64,000 nt of DNA from a virus, in the IMG/VR virus record IMGVR_UViG_3300044695_003767; one strand, given 5' to 3'. The notes under the pieces are model-generated. The model was given only the letters and a program-made list of their open reading frames with translations, was not told the origin of the DNA and ran no database searches. This document shows positions 1 through 11,177 of this stretch, one piece after another. Position 1 is the first letter of the stretch, and each line of letters starts with the position of its first letter. The translations under genes and the position numbers were made by a program.

Positions 1-1
1 T

Positions 2-460
2 TGCACTCAACTGGAGGATCGTGGTTATTCTTGGATGTATATTACTGCCAAGACTGGTGCCGTGATTGATGGTCGTAAGGTCAACCGTGAGGTATTCTTT
101 GACACTCTCTCTGCTTGGGGCAAGGATGACTCTAAGAAGTTCGTTGTTCTTCACCACAGCATCCTGAGCGAAGGCATTAACGTTTCTGGACTGGAGGCAG
201 TGCTGTTTATGCGGTCTATGGACTACATTGGGATCTCCCAGACCATCGGACGGGTGATCCGTCTCCACAAGGACGACGCAGAGGGTCTCAGCAGTGGCAG
301 GATTGCCCCTGGTGCCCTTGCAGACTACACCAAGTCGTTTGGACTGGTCTGCATCCCTGTCTACTCTTCTGTGGGCATCAGCACCGCAAAGAAGGTGCAA
401 GCAGTGGTCGATACGGTGTTCAATCAAGGTCTCCCTGCCATCAGCGTTGTCAAACGTTGA
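2..460 (+). CDS. SF2 helicase, C-terminal part (starts upstream of window)
   Basis: Frame open from window start; helicase motif V-like LSEGINV and motif VI QTIGRVIR. Confidence 0.8.
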   Translation, partial: CTQLEDRGYSWMYITAKTGAVIDGRKVNREVFFDTLSAWGKDDSKKFVVLHHSILSEGINVSGLEAVLFMRSMDYIGISQTIGRVIRLHKDDAEGLSSGRIAPGALADYTKSFGLVCIPVYSSVGISTAKKVQAVVDTVFNQGLPAISVVKR

Positions 461-475
461 TTTTTCTGCTAAACT
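447..475 (+). promoter_or_regulatory. sigma70-like promoter
   Basis: TTGTCA-17 nt-TAAACT upstream of AAGGAGG and ATG at 501. Confidence 0.5.
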
Positions 476-500
476 ACTTACACACAAGGAGGAATCCCCA

Positions 501-638
501 ATGCGTTGCAAAGTCGAACTCTATGTTGCTGGTAAAGTGTTCTATGAGCACGTTGAAGCACGGGACTATCAGGATGCCAAACGTACTGCAATTGCACGTA
601 ATCCAACAGCAAAAGTGGTCAGTGTGACTGCCGTATGA
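501..638 (+). CDS. small hypothetical phage protein
   Basis: Strong SD AAGGAGG; ATGA overlap with next ORF. Confidence 0.75.
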   Translation: MRCKVELYVAGKVFYEHVEARDYQDAKRTAIARNPTAKVVSVTAV

Positions 639-856
639 ACATTCAAAACGAAACTCTCCTGAACTCTGTACCAGGAGACCCAAATGGATATGTGACTAAA
701 GATGGAATGTGGGCAGCAGTTCCTTGGGGAAAAAAATTCATTATCATTCATAATGGACATCAAGTTCATACTGCAAACAACTACAAATCCGCAAAAACCT
801 ACATTCAAAAGTCCGCAAAAGGTGCATCGGTTTCTAGTTTAGATAAGTTTCTTTAA
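635..856 (+). CDS. hypothetical protein
   Basis: Tiles with neighbours. Confidence 0.7.
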   Translation: MNIQNETLLNSVPGDPNGYVTKDGMWAAVPWGKKFIIIHNGHQVHTANNYKSAKTYIQKSAKGASVSSLDKFL

Positions 857-888
857 ACTCGTTAAATAGTATAACTGTCCTACACATT

Positions 889-1059
889 ATGGAAGAATCT
901 TCTGAACTCAAATGGAATCGTGGTCTTGACTTGTTTATTGAAAGTGTTCATAAACCAGACCACGAACTCCGTCAATGTGCTCACAATCAAAAGTGTTACA
1001 ACGAACTAATGGCAGTTCGTGACCACGTTTTAGAATATCTAAAAACAATCAGACGATGA
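889..1059 (+). CDS. hypothetical protein (56 aa, not in ORF track)
   Basis: MEESSELKWNRGLDLFIESVHKPD...; ATGA overlap with 1056. Confidence 0.7.
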   Translation: MEESSELKWNRGLDLFIESVHKPDHELRQCAHNQKCYNELMAVRDHVLEYLKTIRR

Positions 1060-1286
1060 CTTATTACGGTTGGTTTGTTGTATTTGCAGTAGTGGCATAC
1101 TTCATTGTAACAGATGATAGTGTCGCTGCTGCTTTTTATTATCTTATAAGGTTAGCAAAATCTAACTTTGAGAAACAAAAGTGGTGGTTACTGAACAATC
1201 CACGTAATCCTGTGGTAAAATATCTAATGTGGCGTCGTTCTATGAAACTCGCAAAGGAGTTAATGGACGAATACGAAAATAAATAA
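1056..1286 (+). CDS. hypothetical membrane protein
   Basis: N-terminal hydrophobic helix. Confidence 0.7.
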   Translation: MTYYGWFVVFAVVAYFIVTDDSVAAAFYYLIRLAKSNFEKQKWWLLNNPRNPVVKYLMWRRSMKLAKELMDEYENK

Positions 1287-1306
1287 CACTACATCTGGTA
1301 ATACGT

Positions 1307-1633
1307 ATGCTCTCTACACAATATCGCCTGCGTCTTGAAGTAATCTGCGATAAGATTGCAACTGGCGATGAGGTGAGTTTAGAAGATATGATCTGGGCAG
1401 AAAAACTTGCAAAAGCAAATCGATCTGCTGGAACAATGCTACGTCAGGCAAGAAGGAAAGCAGAAAATCCTGATATGCAAGACGGAGATATGGATGATTT
1501 TTTGAATCAACTTGACATTGGTGGTACTGGAAACGAACGTTTTGGTATTAAAGGATTTAATAGTGTTGATGATATTGTAGATTTCTTTGGTGAAGGTAGG
1601 GATAAACCAGATGATTGGAGACAACGTGACTGA
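1307..1633 (+). CDS. hypothetical protein
   Basis: 108 aa ORF; late-like AATAAATA at 1278-1285. Confidence 0.75.
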   Translation: MLSTQYRLRLEVICDKIATGDEVSLEDMIWAEKLAKANRSAGTMLRQARRKAENPDMQDGDMDDFLNQLDIGGTGNERFGIKGFNSVDDIVDFFGEGRDKPDDWRQRD

Positions 1634-2129
1634 TAGAATTATCAGTCAATACACTGACATATTTGATGAAACCCAGGTAAATAATATTTGGGAATACTTA
1701 ACTAAACCAAATTGGGGATTTTGGCAGTCTAGTAGACCAGACTCTAAAAATTTTTTCTGGTATATGAATCTTGATGATCATTCCTTTTTCACTCAAGAAT
1801 TATTTTCTAAAATTAAAACTTTAATTGGTGAAGATTTTTTTATTGAAAAAGTCTATGCGAATGGTCAAACTTTCGGATTAGATGGGGAATTTCATATTGA
1901 TGACCCAGATGATAATGCATATACTTTTCTTTATTACCCTATGAGAGATTGGAATTTATCTTGGGGTGGTGAAACAGTCATTCTTGATCCTGAAGGTGTG
2001 ATAAGCACTATACATCCGATGCCAAATAGTGCTATAATATTCCCATCAAATTGGTTACACTGTGGTAAATCACCATCTAAAAACTTCACAGATTTGAGAG
2101 TCACCATTGCTTATAAATTGAAAAAATGA
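1626..2129 (+). CDS. 2OG-Fe(II) oxygenase
   Basis: HxD (FHIDD), WGGET, distal H, RVTIA; likely GTG start at 1626. Confidence 0.85.
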   Translation: MTDRIISQYTDIFDETQVNNIWEYLTKPNWGFWQSSRPDSKNFFWYMNLDDHSFFTQELFSKIKTLIGEDFFIEKVYANGQTFGLDGEFHIDDPDDNAYTFLYYPMRDWNLSWGGETVILDPEGVISTIHPMPNSAIIFPSNWLHCGKSPSKNFTDLRVTIAYKLKK

Positions 2130-2311
2130 AACCCAACTTTCGTAAGGTATTAGAGATGGCACTGGAAGAAGGTGTTCGATTTGGATACAATCGTGCTCAT
2201 AAACACGTAGAAAATCCACATCAAGATGCTGTGGTTGATTGTGTGGTAGATTGTGCGATGAACTCCCTGTATGAATGGTTTGATTTTGAGGAGAACAATG
2301 AACTTGGTTAA
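2126..2311 (+). CDS. hypothetical protein
   Basis: ATGA overlap, tiles. Confidence 0.7.
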   Translation: MKPNFRKVLEMALEEGVRFGYNRAHKHVENPHQDAVVDCVVDCAMNSLYEWFDFEENNELG

Positions 2312-2597
2312 ATTTAATAAACGCAAATTTTTGATTAAGTACAATCATCGTGAAGATTTTGGGCACGAATGGTATGTTCAGATCTTAAATATCAAGCGTT
2401 GGAGTTTGATTCAAGCATCTGTAAGTTGGAATGATTATCCATCCTGGCCTTATCTACAAATTAAGTCTGGATCTGGTGATGTGTTGAGTATTCTATTTTG
2501 GGCATATAAGTTTGGATTTGATATTGATTTTATCTCTCGCACTTGGAACTGGGATCATTTGGAGGAACTAGATGAAGACGAAACTGAACTGGTTTGA
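2298..2597 (+). CDS. hypothetical protein
   Basis: SD GAGGAG before ATG 2298. Confidence 0.6.
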   Translation: MNLVKFNKRKFLIKYNHREDFGHEWYVQILNIKRWSLIQASVSWNDYPSWPYLQIKSGSGDVLSILFWAYKFGFDIDFISRTWNWDHLEELDEDETELV

Positions 2598-2919
2598 GTA
2601 TTACTTCGGTCATTGTTTCCAAACTGGTTGGAGAGAAATCTGGAACAACTTTAAGATGTGGAGAGATCTCATCAGTGGAAACTATGCCGATTATGCTCTG
2701 CTAAAGAATGACGACCCATACGAAGAATGTTATCAGTGGTTCTGGACTTCTATCAATCTTGACGAAACATATCCTAAAGAGTTTCTTGAGTACCTGATGG
2801 AAATGTGTGACAGAATTGATCGGGGTGAAGAGAAACTGATTCCATTGGATGAAGATTTCTTTAATAGAATAAAAGAACTTACTGATGATATAGAGTTGAA
2901 TGATGAAGACTTTACCTGA
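2572..2919 (+). CDS. hypothetical protein
   Basis: SD GGAGG; tiles. Confidence 0.7.
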   Translation: MKTKLNWFEYYFGHCFQTGWREIWNNFKMWRDLISGNYADYALLKNDDPYEECYQWFWTSINLDETYPKEFLEYLMEMCDRIDRGEEKLIPLDEDFFNRIKELTDDIELNDEDFT

Positions 2920-3103
2920 TAAAAGAGAACTGGATATTATGTGGACGGTTGCCACATCGACCAGTATTGAAACTGGCACAAGACCCCACTACGGGTTTGC
3001 CAACCTGCTGTATGATTACCTCACAGACAACCTCAAAAACAAATACGGAGTTGAACTCTGCTATGAACCTCAAAGAGAAGAAGGCACTGCTCAAGAAACT
3101 TGA
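2900..3103 (+). CDS. hypothetical protein
   Basis: Tiles; contains a degenerate dyad/promoter copy. Confidence 0.6.
   Translation: MMKTLPDKRELDIMWTVATSTSIETGTRPHYGFANLLYDYLTDNLKNKYGVELCYEPQREEGTAQET
2958..3016 (+). promoter_or_regulatory. dyad + -10 early-type promoter, copy 1 (degenerate)
   Basis: CGACCAGTA-TTGA-AACTGGCAC, 31 nt, TATGAT. Confidence 0.55.
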
Positions 3104-3335
3104 GACTGCCTACAATACCTGTTTTGATTGTGGGAAGAAGTATGGAGTGTATTCTGTAGGATGCTCCTCTGTTTATGAGTCAAAGTGTGGTGTATGTGGT
3201 GAAATCAAACCCATTACGGAGACTCGTGACTTTGCTTATTTCTTTCCTACCATTCGAAAACTGAAACTAGAGATTCAAAATGAGAAGAGTAACAGTCAAA
3301 CCAAAGTCCAGCAAAGCGAAGAACCGTCTTGCTAA
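3063..3335 (+). CDS. zinc-ribbon protein
   Basis: CFDCG...CGVCG. Confidence 0.7.
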   Translation: MNLKEKKALLKKLETAYNTCFDCGKKYGVYSVGCSSVYESKCGVCGEIKPITETRDFAYFFPTIRKLKLEIQNEKSNSQTKVQQSEEPSC

Positions 3336-3495
3336 TACTATGGACAACAATCCTGTTTGTATTGTAGAGCAGGATACTGGTGGTGAATTGTTCCTTGCTT
3401 CCGAAAATCGTAAATACTTTTTTTGGGTTAGCACTCGCACTGGTACTAACCGTTTTGGTGACAAATCTGACGCACATTGGGAGGTTATTGAATGA
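3280..3495 (+). CDS. hypothetical protein
   Basis: Tiles; ATGA overlap downstream. Confidence 0.7.
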   Translation: MRRVTVKPKSSKAKNRLANTMDNNPVCIVEQDTGGELFLASENRKYFFWVSTRTGTNRFGDKSDAHWEVIE

Positions 3496-3773
3496 GTTTT
3501 TCTAAAACTGTTTCTGTTTTTGCTGCTCTTGCAAGTATCTTTGCTGCTGGTGCTACTGGTTGGAAACTTGCAGATTCACAAAAAGAAGTTCCTTTGAGTC
3601 CATTAGACCAAAAGGTGATGGAGTTGGAGAAGAAATTGGACCAAGCACAGCAACCGCAAGTTGCTCCTGAACCAGTAAAACTTCCAGCACCTATCGTTCA
3701 AACACCACTACAACCTAACGTACTTCCTGCTCCAACACCACCTCCTCCTGTTTCCGAAAATGCCACTCCTTGA
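3492..3773 (+). CDS. membrane-anchored Pro-rich protein
   Basis: N-terminal hydrophobic segment, coiled coil, Pro-rich tail. Confidence 0.7.
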   Translation: MSFSKTVSVFAALASIFAAGATGWKLADSQKEVPLSPLDQKVMELEKKLDQAQQPQVAPEPVKLPAPIVQTPLQPNVLPAPTPPPPVSENATP

Positions 3774-3954
3774 TACTCTCAACTACTTCATACAAGACCA
3801 AGAAGGACACCTACAATGTCTTGAATGGGAAATCAGGGATGAAACCAATTATGAGAACAATGACATTGATTGGTATTGTGAACAGTATGATGAAGCAAAA
3901 CAACGAATAGAAGACCTTAAACAAATCAAATCCATTATTGAAGCACAACAATGA
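3760..3954 (+). CDS. hypothetical protein
   Basis: Tiles. Confidence 0.7.
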   Translation: MPLLDTLNYFIQDQEGHLQCLEWEIRDETNYENNDIDWYCEQYDEAKQRIEDLKQIKSIIEAQQ

Positions 3955-4145
3955 CTTACGATCAACTCTACGAGCACATTGTCAACTACATTGCTCAACC
4001 ACTAGATGATAAGCGTCGTGCCTGTCTGATTCTGGGTGCATTTATGGAGTTTAACCTTGATTGTCTTGATGAAGGTGTAGACCCTCGCACTATTGATATG
4101 ACTGGTTTTGTGAATGAGAAACTTGATGAACTGGAGGGCAAATGA
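3951..4145 (+). CDS. hypothetical protein
   Basis: ATGA overlaps both ends. Confidence 0.7.
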   Translation: MTYDQLYEHIVNYIAQPLDDKRRACLILGAFMEFNLDCLDEGVDPRTIDMTGFVNEKLDELEGK

Positions 4146-4402
4146 GATTTCGTGATATTGAGTTCCGTTGGAGTAAATGCAACAACAAGTATGAACTCGT
4201 TAAGTGGTATCAATCTAATGGTTCAGGACAAGAGAACTGCTATGTGATTGCTTTTTTTGATAAAGGCAAAGAGTGTTATGATATGAGAACCATCGGTACT
4301 AGGTTCTTTGAGGATAAAGATGCCTGGGTTGTAGGTAAGTATGGTTTGGAGTTTCTAAATGAAATCTTTGAGATTGAAAGGATTGAAGAGGAACTGAAAT
4401 GA
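4142..4402 (+). CDS. hypothetical protein
   Basis: ATGA overlaps both ends. Confidence 0.7.
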   Translation: MRFRDIEFRWSKCNNKYELVKWYQSNGSGQENCYVIAFFDKGKECYDMRTIGTRFFEDKDAWVVGKYGLEFLNEIFEIERIEEELK

Positions 4403-4650
4403 ATAAGGACGAATACTACGATTGGATTGCCGAAAATGATTCATATCCAGAACATTCTCATAAGTGGATAGTGGGACTTTATACTCCTGATGGTGGTAGA
4501 TTTGATATGCTACACAGATACTTTGGACCTTTTGAAACCAAAGAACAAGCACGGGTATTCGCAGCAGATTATAAGGACAAATACACAAAACCAGGATTTA
4601 TTTCCAGAACCAAAATCTTCCCACTCTGTGAGGTAGTAAAGGACACTTGA
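4399..4650 (+). CDS. hypothetical protein
   Basis: YFGPF motif; stop lies inside dyad copy 2. Confidence 0.7.
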   Translation: MNKDEYYDWIAENDSYPEHSHKWIVGLYTPDGGRFDMLHRYFGPFETKEQARVFAADYKDKYTKPGFISRTKIFPLCEVVKDT

Positions 4651-4698
4651 AGAACTGGCACAGGGCATCTCCACAGGTGCCCTTTTTCGTTGTATAAT
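4640..4698 (+). promoter_or_regulatory. dyad + hairpin + -10 early-type promoter, copy 2
   Basis: AGGACACTT-GAAG-AACTGGCAC, hairpin GGGCATCT/AGGTGCCC + T-run, TATAAT after 31 nt. Confidence 0.85.
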
Positions 4699-4720
4699 GA
4701 CTTTATAAACAAACAAACCA

Positions 4721-5053
4721 ATGACTGAACTTACTCCTGAAGCACAAGCAGTTGTAGATGCCTTCTATCGTGAATTGCCCCCAAACTATCAGCAAGGAGG
4801 TATTACTGCTGCTCTCCGTGCTGCTATTGATAGTGTAGTTCCTGAAGAAGCAGAAGCACCGAGGGCACAGTTTGATTGTCCTCCTCGTAAGTTGTGGTCA
4901 ATCAATAAAGAAAAAGAAAGGTGGGGATATGAGCATTCAGATCATCTGAGGAGGCAGTTTGCTCAAGACAAACTGGATATTCGTTGGGAACAACGACAAC
5001 AAACCCGTGCTTTGATGCTTGCTATTGTCGTTGAACTTGAGAACCTGAAATGA
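4721..5053 (+). CDS. hypothetical protein, small helical paralog family
   Basis: AQAVVDAF...AALRA...AIVVELE resembles 5462/5635/11438 ORFs. Confidence 0.7.
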   Translation: MTELTPEAQAVVDAFYRELPPNYQQGGITAALRAAIDSVVPEEAEAPRAQFDCPPRKLWSINKEKERWGYEHSDHLRRQFAQDKLDIRWEQRQQTRALMLAIVVELENLK

Positions 5054-5226
5054 ACTACCTCTGCCTTGTTGATGGTGTTGTAGAATACGGTAGCACAGAC
5101 CTCTACCAATTCAATCATTATCGTATGGTGTATTACGAAGACCACAAAGATGCTGAAAATGTAGAGTATCTTGTGCTGACTGATGAGGCATACAACGAAA
5201 TGTTCCCTTGTGAGGATGAAGAATGA
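5050..5226 (+). CDS. hypothetical protein (58 aa)
   Basis: ATGA overlaps both ends. Confidence 0.65.
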   Translation: MNYLCLVDGVVEYGSTDLYQFNHYRMVYYEDHKDAENVEYLVLTDEAYNEMFPCEDEE

Positions 5227-5465
5227 CTAAAATCCAACTCAAAGCAATCACAGTTACTTACACCAGAACTCTCACAGTTTCACCCACAACTGAAATGTTT
5301 GAGGACTGGGAGGATTATCCAGACCAAGAAGGATTTGAGAGTTTAGTGCTTAATGAATTGTTTGATAAAATCCATTATGAGATGGGAGGACCCGCAAATC
5401 CTATGCCTTACACTGATGTAAAACAGTTTGAAACCGTTGAGATTGACTGGGAGGGTGAAGAATGA
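5223..5465 (+). CDS. hypothetical acidic protein
   Basis: ATGA overlaps both ends. Confidence 0.7.
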   Translation: MTKIQLKAITVTYTRTLTVSPTTEMFEDWEDYPDQEGFESLVLNELFDKIHYEMGGPANPMPYTDVKQFETVEIDWEGEE

Positions 5466-5638
5466 CTGACGCAGCATACAAAGTTTGGGAAGCATTCAAA
5501 GCAGAATTGATTGTAGAACCCACCGATGATATGAAAGAAGCACTTGCTACTGCTATTCGTGAGATTGCTGACCAACTTTATTTTGACCCTGATGTAGATT
5601 ATCTAAATCGTCTTTCCTATAATGTGGAGGCACTATGA
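5462..5638 (+). CDS. hypothetical protein (58 aa), paralog family
   Basis: ELIVEPTDDMKEALATAIREI shared with 11438 ORF. Confidence 0.75.
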   Translation: MTDAAYKVWEAFKAELIVEPTDDMKEALATAIREIADQLYFDPDVDYLNRLSYNVEAL

Positions 5639-5838
5639 CTGAACGAGCACAAAAGATTATGAAAGCATACGAAGCAGAGGATACTTACAACTTTCCAAAA
5701 GATGGAGTTGTTGCTGTTATTCGTGCTATTGTGAATGAACATCAATACTATCAGTGTTGTAGAGACCAGGATATAGAAGATATGGTAGTTGATGCTCGAT
5801 TGCTTTATGAACTTGCTGATGAATTGGAGGCACTATGA
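5635..5838 (+). CDS. hypothetical protein, paralog family
   Basis: IVNE.QYY...EDMVVDAR.LYELA.ELE shared with 11438 ORF. Confidence 0.75.
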   Translation: MTERAQKIMKAYEAEDTYNFPKDGVVAVIRAIVNEHQYYQCCRDQDIEDMVVDARLLYELADELEAL

Positions 5839-7766
5839 AACTCTACCGATACAAGAAAGACGGACACCTTTATACTCTCTATGAGCAGTTGAGACCATTC
5901 TATAATCTTGTAGCAGTTCCTTATTTTCCCAATCAAGGTATTCTTGCTAAAAGTAAGAGGAGTATTTCTATGGATGATTTTGTGGTGGTTGCTGAACGAT
6001 GACTGACGAAGAATGGGAAACCACACTCAAAAGTATGAATGAGAATGTGAAGAAGTGGGTGAATGAAGAAATTGATAAAATTAAGTATAGTATCATCAAA
6101 GACATTATTGACAAAGAACTCAAATGAAACTTTTTATCTTTACTCTCATCATTCCACTTCTTATCATTACTGGTTATTTCCTTTCTATGGAACTACTGAA
6201 TACTTACAATACTCAAAAGGATAGGGAGATGTTCTTGAAATCTTATGAGATTGTGTTAGAATGTAGAAAGTCTTATAATGTGATTAATTCCGCAACTAAC
6301 ATTTGTGGTGAAGTTCCTGTATTTGTGGATGCTGTAAAATGAAAGTTTATTCACTCTATCACAACGAAACTTATGTTGCTTCCTTTCCAAATAAGGAAGA
6401 TGCTGTTTTCTATGGTAAGCAATTCTATGAGGATGGATGGTCTTGTAATATTATTGAAGAGTATTTGAGTAAATCTGCACCACTTTATAGCACTCCTTAT
6501 ATTCCACCTGCTTCAAGCACTACTCCTACTATTCACAAGATAGATTAGGATAATAGAGTAGAAGGAGTTGATTATTGATTATGACTGAACCAACCGACGA
6601 ACAAATTGATGAACTTTGGGATGAGATTGGAGGGTATTACAATCTTTATCCCGAAGTTAGAAATACTATTCGTGAAGCACTTCATCGTTGGGGAAATGTG
6701 GAGGATGAAGAATGACTTACGAAGTTCAAACTTGGGATGACACAGATAAAACTGTGTATTATGAAACCGTAAAGGATGCTATTGATTATGAGAATGCTCG
6801 TGATATAATTGTAGAGAAGTATCCAAACCGTAAAGTAATTGCTGTAATTAGAAAATGACTGAACCATTAAATCACAAACTTGATATAAGTAAAATCAAAA
6901 CCCTCAAAGATGTAAAGAATGTCTTTGAGTGTATGAATTTGTATGCTTCTGCTGAAGAAGGTTACGAAAAGTATGAACTTCTCAAAGAATACTTTACGAT
7001 CCCAAACGAACCACAAGAAATCAAATTTGAATTACCACGCAAGTCATTAGAAGAAATCTCACAAGAGTTTGATGAGAAGATTGATTACCTTTTGGTGAAA
7101 ACCCAAAGAAAGTTTGCCGTATCCAAAGAAACTGCCGAACATTTTTATAATCACAAGTTCAATAGGATTATTGAGAACTTTGAGTATGCGAAAGAACACG
7201 GACAATTCCCAGTCAGACTTACAATAGGTAATTTAGATTGTTCTACTCTTGGTGTGAGCAGTGCTGTAGATTGGAGCACAGAGTTTAGAATTGGTAAAGA
7301 TGAGGTAGGATACTGGAACATCAAACCAAACATCAAAGTGTATCTGAAAAAGAAACCAAATCGTGTTGTGAGATACTTTACTAAACTACTTCTTGATTTT
7401 ACTTGGAAAGATAAATGACTAAACTATCAGCAGCAGACCTTATGGTAATTCATAATACTCTCTATAAAAGTTTGAGTGTCGTTGGAAATAGTATTTGGAC
7501 ACAAGAAACCAGAGAAAGAGTTATGGATAAGGTGTCTATTATTATGGAAAATATGAACGCAGAAGTTGTCTGTGGTGATGTAGAACCTATTGTAGTGAGT
7601 GGAGATGTTGGTGGATAGTATTGAAGAACTCCAAAAATACTTGGATGACCATAACATTACATTTGAAGAGTATATGAGAGCAAATATGATTACTGATGAA
7701 GAACGGAAATATATTGATAAGATATGGATGGATGCGATTTATAAGAACTTGGGTGAGGACACTTGA
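5835..7766 (+). other. run of small hypothetical CDSs (5835-6002, 5999-6127, 6124-6342, 6339-6548, 6581-6715, 6712-6858, 6855-7418, 7415-7618, 7611-7766)
   Basis: Nearly continuous tiling, mostly ATGA overlaps. Confidence 0.65.
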
Positions 7767-7813
7767 AGAACTGGCACAGGGGATGCTCTGGGTGTCTCTG
7801 GATGCCTTATAAT
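7756..7813 (+). promoter_or_regulatory. dyad + -10 early-type promoter, copy 3
   Basis: AGGACACTT-GAAG-AACTGGCAC (identical to copy 2), TATAAT after 30 nt. Confidence 0.85.
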
Positions 7814-7836
7814 ACTCTCATACACACAGACACCTG

Positions 7837-10800
7837 ATGACTGAACAAGAACTTATTGAACTCTGGGGTAATGGAACCCAGTTTGGAATGAATACTCTTG
7901 GTGCTGGTGTTATGACTGGTGCTATGAATAATGCCTTTCGTGAGGTTGCTGTAAAGTTTGCTCTTGTAGTTGCTGATAAAGCATATGGTATTGGTTATGA
8001 TATTGGAGCAGGTGATGAGTATGATAGGGGATATGTTGATGGTGTGGAAAGTGTAAGGTCTGGTGTTCTTGGAGATTGAAATGACTGCCTTCAATTACAA
8101 AGGATACGGACGCATCTACACCAATTCAAGGAACATTCAAAATGTAGAAAAAATCATTCAAGAACTTGATGAGTTTGAGTGGGGTTATTATCCAGGAGGT
8201 CTCGTAGCATCTTGGGATATGTATCCAAATGTAGAGTATATTGGTAAGTTTGAACTGAATGAAGACAAGTTCAAACAAATCTGTAAGGAACGAAACATTC
8301 CTGTTTTTGTCTTTAATGCTTATGATAATGAGTATCCTCGTGGTTATGTCAAAACTTTGAATAGAGAAGAAATCAAACAACTTTCTTATGGAGAACTGAA
8401 ATGACTGAACGAGTAAAATTCAAAACTATCACACGAGTGATTGACCCAAAGACACGCATTCATTATCTAGATGCTGTTGATGAGAATGGATACCACTGGA
8501 CTGCCGAAATGTCACCACACGAAGAGAGATGGTTGTGCTATACTGATGTATGGAAAAAAGACCCCCAGCAGCCCTATGACCTTTAATTATGAAAGACCTT
8601 GAACTCGGACAAATGATTTTTGGCAATCCCACAGAGGAATATAGTGTTCCTCGTGAGAAATGGATGGGTGGTCCATTCCAAATCTTGATTGATGCGATTA
8701 CAGAAAAGACAGGAGAAAAAGATTATGGATATACTCCACATTTCTCCAACGATTTTTTCATCATCCGTCCTTATTATTGGGGTGATGAAGAAGATGAAAT
8801 GGATAAACCTAACTTTGAAATTCCAAGTGAAAACTTTCGTTTGACTTGGTATAAGTATCCTTTTAGGAGTTCTTATGCGAGTGAGAAACTTACTCCGAAG
8901 AGGTGGAATGCCCTTATTCAAAAATGTATCAAGAGTTTGGAAGAATGACCCTTGAAGAAATCCTAGAAGAATACGGACAGGAAGTATTAGACACATACTA
9001 CGAACTGTTCCCAGACAAAAACATCTCAAAGTTTGGTGATAGGTGTTGTGGATTTGTTGGTGAGTATCAGGATTTTGTGTTAGACTGTTATCATTCAACT
9101 GGTAGTGATGAACTGGAAACACTTGAAGAGTTTATGAATGGTGTATTTCAGGAGTATTATTACTACTGCGAAAAAACAGCAACAGGATTTGTATTTTATA
9201 ATGAACGATGATTAAAGAAGAACTCAAAGCAATCTTGTTTATTCTTGGATTATTGCTACTTTTAGGAATACTCACATCATTTACTACTGATTATCAAAAA
9301 ACAAAATGTTTGGAAGACGGTGGTAGGTGGATTAGTGGATTTGTAGGTGGAAATTGGACTTATTTTTGTTTGCCGAAATGACCAAACATCCTACATCAGA
9401 ATGGGAGTGGGAAGACACTGCCGAAGTCGCATTTCAGGAATGGTTTAACGACCTTTATACTCCTTATACCTTTCGTTGTGAATGGTTCTATGGAGATTGT
9501 GCCGTAGAAGACCTGAAAACCCGTGAGGATTTGTTGAGAAAGTGGTTGCATTCTGCCTTCTTGACGGGTTATAATACTGGTAGATGCTCCAAGACCGATG
9601 AGTGACCTAATCTTCTACACAAATGGTGAGGAAACATATCGTATTTCTCCTCCAACTATTGGAACCAAGTGCCCTGAAATGAAACTTGAAATCAAAATGA
9701 CTGAAACTGACATCTCAAAAGTTCTCATAGAAGGAGAATATGCAACCATTATGGGTGTGAAATATAAGAGAGTGGAAGAACCAAAATCACCAGTAGAAGA
9801 AGCATACAAAGAGTGGTGGGGACAATATCCTGAATTGGAAACTGATTCCAAGTATGATGATATGAGGTGGCAGGGTTTCCAAGCAGGTTATGAACTAGCA
9901 CAAGTAAAAGATGGGTGCCCTGAACCACCTGATGAACCAGATTATTATGATGAAGTTGAATGGGATGAGAAAGACAACTCAAAACCTATGGATGAGGTTG
10001 TGAATAGGTTGGTGAAAAAATACGAAGCACAAAAACTTTTTAATAGATTGGTAGATGAACTTGGTTATGATTTTGATGCTTGTAATGATGTTGTAGATTT
10101 GGTAGAAGATTGGTTGCCGAAAGAACAATCAGCAGCAGGAAGTCAAAATGTAGATACTGAATTGCTTGTTGATGGATTTAATGATTGTTTGCGTAAAATC
10201 AAGGGGATGCTACGATGACTGAACGCAACTTTGCCAAAGAACTTTGCCATCACCGCTATATTGATATGGAGGATGGGAATGATACTGAAACTATTTGCTA
10301 TCCTTCTTTGATTTGTATTATCACCGAGTTGTGTGATAGAATAGAGCAACTGGAGAAGGACAACGAACTTCTGAAATCTTATGCTTGGGAACAATGAACA
10401 ATGATATGCCTTGGGTCAATCTCACCCAAGAAGAAGTAGAAGAACTCCGCAACAAAAAGCACACACTCACCGAATATGGCAGAGAACAACTGAAACGACT
10501 TATGATGAACCAAGAACCTTATCCTGACGAATTTTTTGAGGAAGCAGAACGTCGTGAGAAGAGTAATCGTATTCTGCAACGATATAATGACTTTCACAAT
10601 CTTGAAACTTCTGGACTTCCTCACGGCACACCAATCACACCAGAGCATCAGCAGATTATTGCAATGGAAAGTATGATTGATGCTATTCGTTGCGAGTATC
10701 TCAATCGGGAGTATAATCATATTGCGATTGAAGATATTGAGGATTTGATTGAACGACTTCGTGAGCAAGCAACTGCATTTCTTGAACGAGTGAGGCAGAA

Positions 10801-11096
10801 CAATGACCGATAAACCATTCTATCGTTTCTTTGCGATTGATTATTGTGCAACTGGTGAAGGTCGCTCTATTTGGTTAATGATCTGTCGTTATGACCTTGA
10901 TGGAGAAAGAGATTATGAGTATGAAAGATTTGCAAACTTTGTTAATTATGATCATTACCTACACGGATTTGATGAACTTACAGAGCGAGAGTTTCTGGAT
11001 AAGTATACGAGATTTATTCCTCACCTGATTGCTAATATGTTACAAAAGAAAACTATCGGAACTTGGCAAACTCATTTGCATTTTAATCTCAGTTAA
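7837..11096 (+). other. run of small hypothetical CDSs (7837-8079, 8081-8404, 8401-8586, 8589-8948, 8945-9211, 9378-9605, 9598-10218, 10215-10397, 10394-10813, 10803-11096)
   Basis: Tiled + strand ORFs. Confidence 0.65.
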
Positions 11097-11152
11097 GACA
11101 CTTACCAAACTGGCACACCCACACACCACAGACCCACAAAATACCCTATAAT
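11095..11152 (+). promoter_or_regulatory. dyad + -10 early-type promoter, copy 4
   Basis: AAGACACTT-ACCA-AACTGGCAC, C/A-rich spacer without hairpin, TATAAT after 30 nt. Confidence 0.8.
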
Positions 11153-11177
11153 ACACCCATAAACACCCATTATTGTG